Part shown: positions 1-7,863 of the stretch, piece by piece
Numbering within the stretch: position 1 is the stretch's first letter
Layout of the letters: each line of letters begins with the position of its first letter
NCBI GenBank assembly: GCA_039588295.1
Contig: JBDHAB010000052.1
Coordinates: 1 to 17,453, forward strand
DNA length: 17,453 nt
Reading direction: 5' to 3'
Source: Gemmatimonadota bacterium
GTDB lineage: Bacteria > Gemmatimonadota > Gemmatimonadetes > Gemmatimonadales > GWC2-71-9
Position numbers and translations under genes: made by a program
Notes under the pieces: generated by a model
The model's input: the letters and a program-made list of their open reading frames with translations, nothing else
The model's database searches: none
What the model was told of the DNA's origin: nothing

Positions 1-395
1 GCGAGCTCATCCTGCCAGAACCGGCGATGCTGCAACCCGTCGTGCGGGATGCGAAGATCGGGATCGTCCACGACCCGATCGCCAAACCGCACGATGTCCA
101 GATCGAGTGTGCGCGATCCCCAGCGCTCGGTCCGAACGCGGCCCGCGCGTCGCTCGATCTCCTGACAGCGGCCCAGCAATTGCCGCGGTGTCAGGTGGGT
201 GTGCAGCAGCACCATCTGGTTGAGGTAACGCGGCTGCCCTCGTGGGCCAATCGGCACGGTCTCCTTCACCTGGCTTTCGGCGACGAGCACCGTGGTTGGG
301 AGAGACGCCAACTCGTCACGCCCGAACGCGAGGTATCGCGCCCGATCGCCCAGATTGGATCCCAGGGCGACAAAGACCGACTCAGGCGCCGTCAC
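1..395 (-). CDS. folK: 2-amino-4-hydroxy-6-hydroxymethyldihydropteridine diphosphokinase (HPPK), 3' end runs off the window
   Basis: Not in the ORF track; translated by hand from GTG at 395: MTAPESVFVALGSNLGDR...QPRYLNQMV...EIERRAGRVRTERWGSRTLDLDIVRFG...LRIPH. Contains the HPPK motifs ALGSNLG, YLN and R-W-G-x-RTLDLDI. Overlaps the folB 3' end. Confidence 0.95.
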   Translation of the reverse strand, partial: MTAPESVFVALGSNLGDRARYLAFGRDELASLPTTVLVAESQVKETVPIGPRGQPRYLNQMVLLHTHLTPRQLLGRCQEIERRAGRVRTERWGSRTLDLDIVRFGDRVVDDPDLRIPHDGLQHRRFWQDEL

Positions 396-756
396 GCTCT
401 CGCTCGAGCACCACCTCGACGTATTCCACCGGTCCCTCGATCGGTGCGTGCGGCTTCCGGGCGGCGACGCGGACCTTCTCCACGGCCGGCAGTTCGAGCG
501 CGCGATCCGCGATCTTCTCGCACAGCGCCTCGAGGAGGCGGTGATGGCTGCGTCCAACCGTGTCGGCCACGAGCGTGTAGAGATCCCGGTAGTCCAACAG
601 GTGGCTCGGTGAGTCGGTCTCTCCGACGTTCCGCAGCGACAGCCAGGCCGTGAGGTCGAGCTCGAGCGGCTGCGGCACGAGGCCTTCGTGCGGCAGGAGG
701 CCGACACAGGTATGAAACCGCATGCCCTTGAGGGAGATACTGTCGTTGATGGTCAC
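382..756 (-). CDS. folB: Dihydroneopterin aldolase
   Basis: ORF 382..813 contains D-S-I-S-L-K-G-M-R-F-H, GLLPHE, LDYRDLY, LLEALCEKIA and RKPHAPI, which are FolB hallmarks. Start moved to GTG at 756, which gives a typical FolB N-terminus and has a promoter directly upstream. Confidence 0.93.
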   Translation of the reverse strand: MTINDSISLKGMRFHTCVGLLPHEGLVPQPLELDLTAWLSLRNVGETDSPSHLLDYRDLYTLVADTVGRSHHRLLEALCEKIADRALELPAVEKVRVAARKPHAPIEGPVEYVEVVLERERDGA

Positions 757-762
757 GGAGAA

Positions 763-791
763 ATGATACTGCTGGACGGCGTGGGGTCCAA
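763..791 (-). promoter_or_regulatory. Sigma70-type promoter for folB-folK, probably leaderless
   Basis: On the minus strand: TTGGAC (791-786), 17-nt spacer, TATCAT (768-763), 6 nt, then the GTG start at 756. No Shine-Dalgarno sequence. Confidence 0.65.
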
Positions 792-813
792 GCGCCGCAG
801 CACGACGGCCCAC

Positions 814-2298
814 TTATACGAAGTAATCCGAGGGCTTGATGCCGTAACGGTCGGGGTCCGCCACCTTGATGATGGAGCGTTTGAAATTCCCGTCGGGCGT
901 CGTCTCCGTGAGGTCGGCCAGGAACCCGGTCTCCAGGTTCGACCCGTCACCGGTCATGATGATGCGTACCACCGGGCGGTGGAGTTGGGTCGCGTCGGAG
1001 TTGGCCGCGTGGACGACGCCGATCTCGTAGCTATCGAGAATCACGCACGTCCCGACCGGATACACGCCCGTCAAATTGATGAACGCCTTGACCAGGACGG
1101 GGTCCTGGCCCCGCCGCGGGTTGTCCCACATCTCCTTCAACACGTCGGCCGGCTGCAGCGGAACCGTTTGGTACGCTCGCCGGCTCGTGGCGGCGTCAAA
1201 CGCATCCGCCACGGCGATGATCTTCGAGAACACGGACAACTGCCGCTCGCGGATCGACCGAGGATACCCGGTGAGATCGATCTTCATGTGATGCTCGTAC
1301 GCGGTGATCATCGAGCGGTAGGGGATTTCGCCATAGCCCCGGAGCCCGAACAGCGTGAGGACGCCGAGCCACGGGTGCGCCTGCATGATGCGCCACTCAT
1401 CATCATCGAGCGGACCGGTCTTGTTCAGGATCTCCAGTGGAACGCGGCTCTTCCCGACATCGTGGAACAGGGCCGCCAACCCGAGGTCGTACAGTTGGAG
1501 CTTGGTGAGACCGAGGCGCTTGCCAATTGACACCGAGAAAATCGTCACGTTCACAGAGTGCACAAACGTGTACTCGTCGTAGTCTCGAATCGTGGTCAGC
1601 CCCATGACCGAGACCTCGTTCTTCAACACCTGATCCACAATTCCCTGCACCGCCCGCTTGACCTTCTTGACGCTGGCGCTGCGTCCCATGCGTACACTGT
1701 TCACCACTTCTTTCGTCACGGCGACCGTGCGCTCGTACGTCCGTTTCGCTGCCTCCTTGGCCTTCTCCTCGTCTTCCAACTCCTCATCCTGCTCGACCGG
1801 CGGATCCACACCGATGGATTCGACTCCACCCTGCACCAATCGCTGCTGCAGCTCGGCCAGCTTGTTGGGGGAAGCATCCCTGGCGGCAAACGTGAGCAGT
1901 AGCGAGATGAACACCTGCCACTCGCGACGATCGACCGCAGGATCCACGCGGAAGATGCCGATCCCAGACTGGCGGAGGGTGGTAAGGACGTGGCTGAAGG
2001 ACGCGAAGTTATCGAGATCGAGACGCAAGCGGGTCTGGTTGACGAAGATGAACTCGCCGGCCACCCGCACCTCGAGCTCGTCCTCGACTCCCAGGAGCCG
2101 CTGGGCCGAAGTCGTGATCTCGTCGAGCGACCGCTGCGCCTGATCGTTCTCGATGGGGTACAGCTTGAGACTGCGAAGTGCGGCGTAGAAGTGCACCAGG
2201 AAGTCGCGTCCGGCCTGCCGCAGCATGCGCTCCGTGCTCTGGAGCGTATCAACGACTGACGGTCGTCGGTCGGCCGAGGACCCCGAGTGCCCCGTCAT
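814..2298 (-). CDS. HD-GYP domain cyclic-dinucleotide phosphodiesterase with an uncharacterised N-terminal domain
   Basis: Motifs DEYTFVHSVNV, LFHDVGK, LNKTGPL, HPWLG, HHMKIDLTGYP, VADAFDAATSRRAY and a C-terminal GVYPVG extension. Start set to ATG 2298, which forms an ATGA overlap with the upstream stop at 2295-2297. Confidence 0.9.
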   Translation of the reverse strand: MTGHSGSSADRRPSVVDTLQSTERMLRQAGRDFLVHFYAALRSLKLYPIENDQAQRSLDEITTSAQRLLGVEDELEVRVAGEFIFVNQTRLRLDLDNFASFSHVLTTLRQSGIGIFRVDPAVDRREWQVFISLLLTFAARDASPNKLAELQQRLVQGGVESIGVDPPVEQDEELEDEEKAKEAAKRTYERTVAVTKEVVNSVRMGRSASVKKVKRAVQGIVDQVLKNEVSVMGLTTIRDYDEYTFVHSVNVTIFSVSIGKRLGLTKLQLYDLGLAALFHDVGKSRVPLEILNKTGPLDDDEWRIMQAHPWLGVLTLFGLRGYGEIPYRSMITAYEHHMKIDLTGYPRSIRERQLSVFSKIIAVADAFDAATSRRAYQTVPLQPADVLKEMWDNPRRGQDPVLVKAFINLTGVYPVGTCVILDSYEIGVVHAANSDATQLHRPVVRIIMTGDGSNLETGFLADLTETTPDGNFKRSIIKVADPDRYGIKPSDYFV

Positions 2299-3977
2299 CG
2301 CGAAGCGGATTGCTCCATCGCCCGGTTCACTGCATTGCGCACAACCGGGTCCTTGTCGTTCAAGGCCCGCTCGAGCACCTTGCGCGCTTCCGGCGTACGC
2401 ACCTTGCCAAGGGCCATCGCCGCACACGCGCGGATCTGCGGCTCCTCCTTGCGGCGGAACAGGCCTCTCGGTAGGAGCATCGGGACCAGGATCGAGAGCG
2501 CATCGTCCCCGGCGAGCATGCCAAACGTCTCGAAGAAGGCGGTCTGCTCCGTGAGATCGGCCGTGCGGATGCGTCGTCCCGTCACGACGCCGCGAACCGC
2601 GCCCAGCGCTTTCCGGTATCCCTGGTTACCGACCACTCGCACGGCGCCGATCCGCACGTCGCGGTCCCGGTCGTCGATCACCTTCTCCAGCTGTTGCAGC
2701 GCTCCAGGGGTGCCGATGCCCGCGAGTGCCTCCACAGCTGCACGGCGCGACTCCTTTCCACCCCGCTCGAATACCCCTCCGAGTGCCGACGCCAGCGGCG
2801 GCAGTTTGAGTTGCGTCGCCAGCCGCACGGTCTCGACCAGCACCTCTTCCTCTTTCGACGCGAGGGCTTTGATCAGTTGGTCGGGGTTCGCCTGCCCGAG
2901 CCGTCGTGCTGCCGCGTGGAGCAGCGAGCGCACCCGCTCGTTCGTGAGCCTGGGCAGCCAGCCCAGAATGCTCTCGAGCGCTTCGGGGCGCAGCTCGCGG
3001 AACAGCTCCCCAAGCTCGTCCTCCGACGGATGCACGGTGGCCTCGTCGAGCGATTGGAGCAGCTGTCCCAACGGTTCGGGCTCCGACAGCTTTGCGGGGA
3101 GTTCGGTCAGCATCTGCCGATGCTCCGGCAGCAGCTCGCGCGCCCGCTCCAGTATGACGCGAACCTCCTTGAGGATGTACGCGACCGCGGGAAAATCGCC
3201 GACCGCCAGCAGGTATGGGATAAAGTGGTCGACAATCGAGATCAACTCCGCCCGAACCGTGCCGTACGTCTGAAGCTCCAAGAGGTCGAACAGCATGGAC
3301 AGAACGTTGCCGCGCAGATCTTGCCCGTACTCGCGCCCGATCTCGCTCTTGAGGTAGTCGATCTCCTTTTCGTCCAGGAAGTAGAGCGTCGAGTCGAAGT
3401 CATCGATGCTGATGACTTGCTGTGTCGCGGTCTCCTCCCGGACGTCCTCGACGACCGCGCGACGCACCGCCTCGGGTGGCTGCGGCTCCTCCTTGGACGG
3501 CTTGAGCTGCTGGATATCCTCCTGTCCGAGTTCGACATGCTCGTATCGGATCGATTGGAAATCCTGGTCCCACAGCAGCGTCAGCAGGTCATCCGCTGCC
3601 TCCGGATCGAGCGTGCGGGCCTGCTGCAGGACCTGGAGCAGCCGGACCACCTCATCATCCTCGGCGCCTTTGAGGAGGGTGACGGACCGCACGCCGTCTT
3701 TGAACAGAACCCACGCCACGCTCTCGGACTTGGTGGGCTGGGCGAGGACCACCGCCTCGCCCCACACGAGGTCCGTCTCAGACACCTGCAGGTCGAGTTC
3801 GTCACCATACTCCCACACCGGCTCGAAGGCGGCCTTGATGTTCTCGACTGCACGTTGATACACGGGGTTGTTAGGGAGGTACAACTGGAGTGCGCGCATT
3901 CCCTTGACCAGCACCTGCATGAGATGCTGGACCTCTTCCACGCCCTCGGTCTGGCTTTCGGTCGTTGAGGTCGTCAC
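2295..3977 (-). CDS. HEAT-repeat (PBS-lyase-like) protein
   Basis: C-terminal repeats such as SRRAAVEALAGIG, DRDRDVRIGAVRVVG, PQIRACAAMALGKV and DKDPVVRNAVNRAM. Probable GTG start at 3977, preceded by AGGACGG. Start position is uncertain. Confidence 0.85.
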   Translation of the reverse strand: MTTSTTESQTEGVEEVQHLMQVLVKGMRALQLYLPNNPVYQRAVENIKAAFEPVWEYGDELDLQVSETDLVWGEAVVLAQPTKSESVAWVLFKDGVRSVTLLKGAEDDEVVRLLQVLQQARTLDPEAADDLLTLLWDQDFQSIRYEHVELGQEDIQQLKPSKEEPQPPEAVRRAVVEDVREETATQQVISIDDFDSTLYFLDEKEIDYLKSEIGREYGQDLRGNVLSMLFDLLELQTYGTVRAELISIVDHFIPYLLAVGDFPAVAYILKEVRVILERARELLPEHRQMLTELPAKLSEPEPLGQLLQSLDEATVHPSEDELGELFRELRPEALESILGWLPRLTNERVRSLLHAAARRLGQANPDQLIKALASKEEEVLVETVRLATQLKLPPLASALGGVFERGGKESRRAAVEALAGIGTPGALQQLEKVIDDRDRDVRIGAVRVVGNQGYRKALGAVRGVVTGRRIRTADLTEQTAFFETFGMLAGDDALSILVPMLLPRGLFRRKEEPQIRACAAMALGKVRTPEARKVLERALNDKDPVVRNAVNRAMEQSASR

Positions 3978-4100
3978 TTCACCGTCCTGACCAGCAGCCG
4001 GGTAGCCGCGCCACGGCGATGCCGGTGGCTCTCCAGTTCGCGCTCGTGAGATAGTGAGGGCCGCCGTCCAACGCAAGTGGGCAACGTCATGTCGGGAGCC

Positions 4101-4129
4101 AAAATACCGTGCCCGGCGTGCCTCTCCAA
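4101..4129 (-). promoter_or_regulatory. Candidate sigma70 promoter for the HEAT/HD-GYP operon, divergent from lexA
   Basis: Minus strand TTGGAG (4129-4124), 17 nt, TATTTT (4106-4101). A weaker alternative is TTGCGT (4076-4071), 17 nt, TATCTC (4053-4048). Confidence 0.35.
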
Positions 4130-4193
4130 GCGCCGCAGATCACAAGTGGTGGGACACCAGGACACCGAAGCTGCGCCGTCCATCCGCACGCAT

Positions 4194-4222
4194 TTGCGTT
4201 TCGGGGTGTATTCGGGTATATT
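4194..4222 (+). promoter_or_regulatory. Sigma70 promoter of lexA
   Basis: TTGCGT (4194-4199), 17 nt, TATATT (4217-4222). Ribosome-binding site ACAGGAG at 4244-4250 precedes ATG 4258. Confidence 0.7.
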
Positions 4223-4241
4223 CTTTTCGGCATTTGTTCGG
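4199..4241 (+). promoter_or_regulatory. Putative LexA operators: two TTCGG-N6-TTCGG direct-repeat pairs
   Basis: TTCGG occurs at 4200, 4211, 4226 and 4237, forming two pairs each with an 11-bp period. One pair lies in the promoter spacer and the other over the expected transcription start. Confidence 0.65.
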
Positions 4242-4257
4242 TCACAGGAGCCACTCC

Positions 4258-4866
4258 ATGCCGCTCACCCGACGACAGAAGCAGATTCTCGATTACCTCC
4301 AGGAATACATCGGGCAGAACGGATACGCGCCGTCCTTCGAGGAGATCGCCGAGCGGTTTGCGTTCCGGTCTCTGGCCACCGTCCATGAGCACCTCACCAA
4401 CCTCGAGCGAAAGGGATACATCCACCGGGCGCACAACGAGAGCCGTTCGATCGAGGTCATTCCCGTGGCCGGCCATACCGGAGCGGTCGAGCTTCCCCTG
4501 CTGGGGCAGGTGGCGGCAGGCGAGCCGATCGAGGCGGTGGTAGACCAGGAGACCCTCGCCGTCCCGTCCGACTTGATACCGCGTCGGGGATCCTGCTATG
4601 CGCTACGGGTGCGAGGCGACTCCATGATCGACGAACATATCGAGAGCGGGGACTTCGTCGTTGTGCATGGTCGCGACATGGCCGACAACGGCGAGATGGT
4701 GGTCGCGCTCGTCGACGGCACTTCGGCCACCGTGAAGCGTCTGTATCGGGAACCGGGAGGGTGGATTCGGCTACAGCCGGCCAACGAGGAGCTTCGGCCC
4801 ATTCGAGTGCACGAGGACAACGTCCTCATTCAAGGAGTCGTCGTCGGCGTTATCCGCAAGTACTGA
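4258..4866 (+). CDS. lexA: SOS-response transcriptional repressor LexA
   Basis: N-terminal winged helix (LTRRQKQILDY...PSFEEIA...SLATVHEHLTNLERKGYI), Ala-Gly cleavage site in VAAG, catalytic Ser in GDSM and catalytic Lys in TVKR. ATG 4258 has a ribosome-binding site. Confidence 0.97.
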   Translation: MPLTRRQKQILDYLQEYIGQNGYAPSFEEIAERFAFRSLATVHEHLTNLERKGYIHRAHNESRSIEVIPVAGHTGAVELPLLGQVAAGEPIEAVVDQETLAVPSDLIPRRGSCYALRVRGDSMIDEHIESGDFVVVHGRDMADNGEMVVALVDGTSATVKRLYREPGGWIRLQPANEELRPIRVHEDNVLIQGVVVGVIRKY

Positions 4867-4939
4867 GCGGGGCTCGCCCCAACGGCGTCGCCGCACGTCT
4901 TCTGGACAGCCGATCCCAACTCGCAAGTCATTGTCTTGC

Positions 4940-4968
4940 TTGCCGCTAGACGCGTGAGCGTCTATCTT
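4940..4968 (+). promoter_or_regulatory. Sigma70 promoter of the truA...pssA operon, probably leaderless or nearly so
   Basis: TTGCCG (4940-4945), 17 nt, TATCTT (4963-4968), 8 nt, then ATG 4977. No Shine-Dalgarno sequence. Confidence 0.6.
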
Positions 4969-4976
4969 AGCCGCCC

Positions 4977-5753
4977 ATGCCGGGGGTCCCGTACTACGCC
5001 GTCCTCCACTATCTCGGCCACGGCTTCGCCGGGTGGCAGCGCCAACCTTCACAGCGCACGGTTCAAGGTGAACTCGAGTCCGCGCTCCGGCGGCTCGCCG
5101 GGCAGCACATTGTGACCCACGCCGCCGGTCGCACGGACACCGGCGTCCATGCGCTCGGCCAGGTTGTGAGTTTCCGGGTCCCCAAGCGATGGGAGGCACG
5201 GGCGTTGTTGCGCGCGCTGCGGGGTGTGCTGCCAGACGATGTCTGGGCGGCGCGCGTGGGACAAGCGCCGGAGGGGTTTCACGCGCGACGCGACGCGACC
5301 TCGCGACGCTATCGATACGTCGTGGGGTGCGATCCCTCGGCCTTTTCTCCGTTCCGCCGGCCGTTCGAGTGGGCGTTGGGTGTTCCGCTCGATTCGGACC
5401 TGCTGGACGCGAGCGCCGCGCTCTTCGCGGGAGAACACGACTTTCGGTCGCTGTCGACCGCCGGGCAGCCGAAGCCGCACTACCGCTGCCGCGTCGTCGT
5501 CTCCGAGTGGCAGGCGCGCCCACACCAGGAAGGCTTTATCTTTACGGTCGAAGCCGATCGGTTCCTGCATCGCATGGTGCGGTTCCTCGTCGGTATCATG
5601 GTGGATGTGGCCCGGCATCGACGAACGCTCGGCGAAGTCGAGCGCATCCTTGGGAGCAGCTCGAACCACGAGGCGAGCCCGCCGGCACCACCGCACGGTC
5701 TCTATTTCATAGGCGCGCGTTACCCCCAACTCGACGAAGGACACGACCGATGA
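4977..5753 (+). CDS. truA: tRNA pseudouridine(38-40) synthase
   Basis: Motifs GFAGWQRQ, TVQGELE, AGRTDTGVHALGQV (catalytic Asp), FHAR, R-Y-R-Y, GEHDF, FLHRMVR and APPHGLY. Confidence 0.96.
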   Translation: MPGVPYYAVLHYLGHGFAGWQRQPSQRTVQGELESALRRLAGQHIVTHAAGRTDTGVHALGQVVSFRVPKRWEARALLRALRGVLPDDVWAARVGQAPEGFHARRDATSRRYRYVVGCDPSAFSPFRRPFEWALGVPLDSDLLDASAALFAGEHDFRSLSTAGQPKPHYRCRVVVSEWQARPHQEGFIFTVEADRFLHRMVRFLVGIMVDVARHRRTLGEVERILGSSSNHEASPPAPPHGLYFIGARYPQLDEGHDR

Positions 5754-6418
5754 AGTTTTTCCTCGACACGGCAGACCTCGGCGACATCAGGTGGGCGTCC
5801 CAGGCTGGACTGATTGACGGTGTCACCACGAATCCGACCCTCATGGCGCGCCATGCCGGAGACGTGGATCCCCAGGACGTTTTGAAAGAGATCTGCTCGC
5901 TGGTCGACGGACCCGTCAGCGCTGAAGTTGTGGCCGTCGACTCGGCCGGGATGTACCACGAGGGGCGCGAGCTGGCCAGGCTCGCCGACAACATCGTGGT
6001 CAAGATCCCGATGATCGAAGACGGCCTTGTCGCGGTCCGGCGGCTCACGACGGACGGCATCAAAGTCAACGTGACGCTGACGTTCAGCTCGGTGCAGTGT
6101 CTCGTGGCTGCCAAAGCCGGCGCGACCTACGTCTCACCGTTTCTCGGCCGGCTGGACGACATCGGGCACGATGCCATGGAGATCGTGCGGGAGACACGCG
6201 TGATCTTCGACAACTACCAAATCGAGACAGAAATTCTCGCGGCGTCGATCCGGCATCCGCGGCACGTCGCCGACGCCGCGCTCGTGGGCGCCGACGTGGC
6301 CACCATGCCAACCGACGTGCTGAAGAAGCTCCTGCTCCACCCGCTGACCGATCGCGGGCTCGACCAGTTCCTCAACGACTGGAGCAAACTGGTCGCGCGC
6401 TCTAAGGTCAACGCGTGA
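5750..6418 (+). CDS. tal: Transaldolase, short MipB/TalC (FSA-like) family
   Basis: MKFFLDTA, GVTTNPTL, SAEV, VVKIP (Schiff-base Lys), NVTL, YVSPFLGRLDD, AASIR and HPLTDRG. The Glu in SAEV and Phe in SPF point to transaldolase rather than fructose-6-phosphate aldolase (Gln/Tyr). The real start is ATG 5750. Confidence 0.92.
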   Translation: MKFFLDTADLGDIRWASQAGLIDGVTTNPTLMARHAGDVDPQDVLKEICSLVDGPVSAEVVAVDSAGMYHEGRELARLADNIVVKIPMIEDGLVAVRRLTTDGIKVNVTLTFSSVQCLVAAKAGATYVSPFLGRLDDIGHDAMEIVRETRVIFDNYQIETEILAASIRHPRHVADAALVGADVATMPTDVLKKLLLHPLTDRGLDQFLNDWSKLVARSKVNA

Positions 6419-7863
6419 GACTGGCGGCCGCGCTCTTCGGTTTCGCCCTCCTCGCCTGCGGCGAGCAGGCGCCGGCGGCGCTCCCGGCGGCACAGTATGT
6501 CGATACCTCGGTGGGCATGGTCCCCGCCCCACTTCCGCTGACGCAGAACCCCGAACAGCGGGCCCAGCTGACCGACAGTATCACGGTATCACGCCAATCG
6601 GCCATTGCCGTGGCGGCGGCCCGCATCGCCCCGTCCGTCGTGAGTGTCAACGTCACACGGCGGGCGCGTCAGCGGCCGCGCAGCGCATGGGATTGGTTCT
6701 GGGCACCTCGTGGGTTCGAGCGTGAGGTGCAGGGCCTCGGCTCGGGGTTCGTCGTTTCACCCAACGGGGTGATCGTGACAAATCAACACGTCACCGAAGG
6801 CGCCACCGAAATCGTGGTCACCATGCGCGACGGCACCGATTATGAGGCGACGCTGCTCGGAGAGGACCCCTTCACCGACATCGCTGTCTTGAAGATCGAT
6901 GCCGGCCAACTCCCCGCCGTGCGGATTGGCCGCAGTACCGACCTGATGATCGGGGAGTGGGTCGTCGCGATCGGGAATCCCTACGGCTACTTACTGGGTA
7001 ATACGGAGCCGTCCGTGACGGCCGGCGTGGTCAGTGCCGTGGGCAGAAATATCATCCCGTCCGGTAACGACGAAACCGTCTACCTCGGAATGATCCAGAC
7101 GGACGCCGCGATCAACCAGGGCAACAGCGGCGGCCCACTGGCCAACGCCCTGGGCGAAGTCATCGGCGTCAACAGCTCCATCTTCTCGGAGAGCGGCGGC
7201 TCACTTGGGATCGGTTTCGCCATTCCGATCGAGCGCGCGTTGCGGGTTGCCGCCGAGCTCGAGCGGCATGGTCGCGTGCGACGATCGTGGGTCGGGCTGA
7301 GCGTGGTCGGGCCCGATCGGATGCGTGACTGGAAACGTGTCGGTGGCCTGGCCGTCTCTGAGGTCGCCGAAGACGGGGCGGCGGCCAACGCGGGCATCCG
7401 GACCGGTGACGTGTTGGTCAGTGCGGCGGGGCGCCCGCTCCGGACGTACCTGGATTGGGAGGCGGTGAAGCTGGATGTGGCACCCGATGAGGCGCTGGAC
7501 CTGGTCGTGCAGCGAGGCGAGAGCGAGCGGCGGGTGCGGGTGATCGTCGGAGACCTGCCAACCACCCGCGCCGAGCGCGTGGCGGCGCTGGGCGGCATGG
7601 AGCTGATCACGATCACGCCGGCGATCCGGCAGGAACGCCGCATCCGCAGTGAGACCGGCGCCCTGATTTATCACTTGCTTGAGGAAACCCAACGCAACAC
7701 GGGGCTGCGGGAAGGTGACGTCATCATTCAGATCAACCGCACCCGTATCACGCGGGCGCAGGATGTGCAGGAGGCGTTCCGCGAGGCCGCCGGTCACGGC
7801 GTGGTTAGCGTCTATGTGGAGCGCGGCGGCGGACGCGGGTGGATGGAGTTCTACATTCGATGA
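6415..7863 (+). CDS. HtrA/DegP-family serine protease with two PDZ domains, predicted lipoprotein
   Basis: Lipobox-like LLAC after a hydrophobic stretch; GLGSGF; catalytic triad in TNQHV, DIAVLKI and GNSGGPL; IQTDAAIN; GIGFAIP; two PDZ-like G(I/L)RxGDV segments. Confidence 0.93.
   Translation: MRLAAALFGFALLACGEQAPAALPAAQYVDTSVGMVPAPLPLTQNPEQRAQLTDSITVSRQSAIAVAAARIAPSVVSVNVTRRARQRPRSAWDWFWAPRGFEREVQGLGSGFVVSPNGVIVTNQHVTEGATEIVVTMRDGTDYEATLLGEDPFTDIAVLKIDAGQLPAVRIGRSTDLMIGEWVVAIGNPYGYLLGNTEPSVTAGVVSAVGRNIIPSGNDETVYLGMIQTDAAINQGNSGGPLANALGEVIGVNSSIFSESGGSLGIGFAIPIERALRVAAELERHGRVRRSWVGLSVVGPDRMRDWKRVGGLAVSEVAEDGAAANAGIRTGDVLVSAAGRPLRTYLDWEAVKLDVAPDEALDLVVQRGESERRVRVIVGDLPTTRAERVAALGGMELITITPAIRQERRIRSETGALIYHLLEETQRNTGLREGDVIIQINRTRITRAQDVQEAFREAAGHGVVSVYVERGGGRGWMEFYIR

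Noticed and set aside
382..2298. Functional link between pterin synthesis (folB/folK) and the HD-GYP enzyme, by analogy to pterin-controlled c-di-GMP signalling in Agrobacterium
   Set aside because: folB has its own apparent promoter, and the HD-GYP protein shows no periplasmic or pterin-binding domain. Adjacency is the only evidence.
27..3968. Long plus-strand ORFs (27..653, 688..1530, 2287..3273, 2694..3968)
   Set aside because: They are antisense shadows of folK, folB, HD-GYP and HEAT genes in high-GC DNA and have no recognisable motifs.
3980..4040. Glycine-riboswitch-like words (CTGGAGAG-CCAC...GTGG-CGC...TCAGG) in the HEAT gene leader on the minus strand
   Set aside because: The conserved CCGAAG and the P3 elements are missing, and the downstream gene is unrelated to glycine metabolism.
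4054..4257. 68-aa N-terminal extension of LexA in the ORF track
   Set aside because: The region contains the promoter, operator repeats and a ribosome-binding site before ATG 4258, where the LexA homology begins.
5189..5749. Apparent 409-aa transaldolase fusion (ORF 5189..6418)
   Set aside because: The extension overlaps truA in another frame. The real start is ATG 5750.
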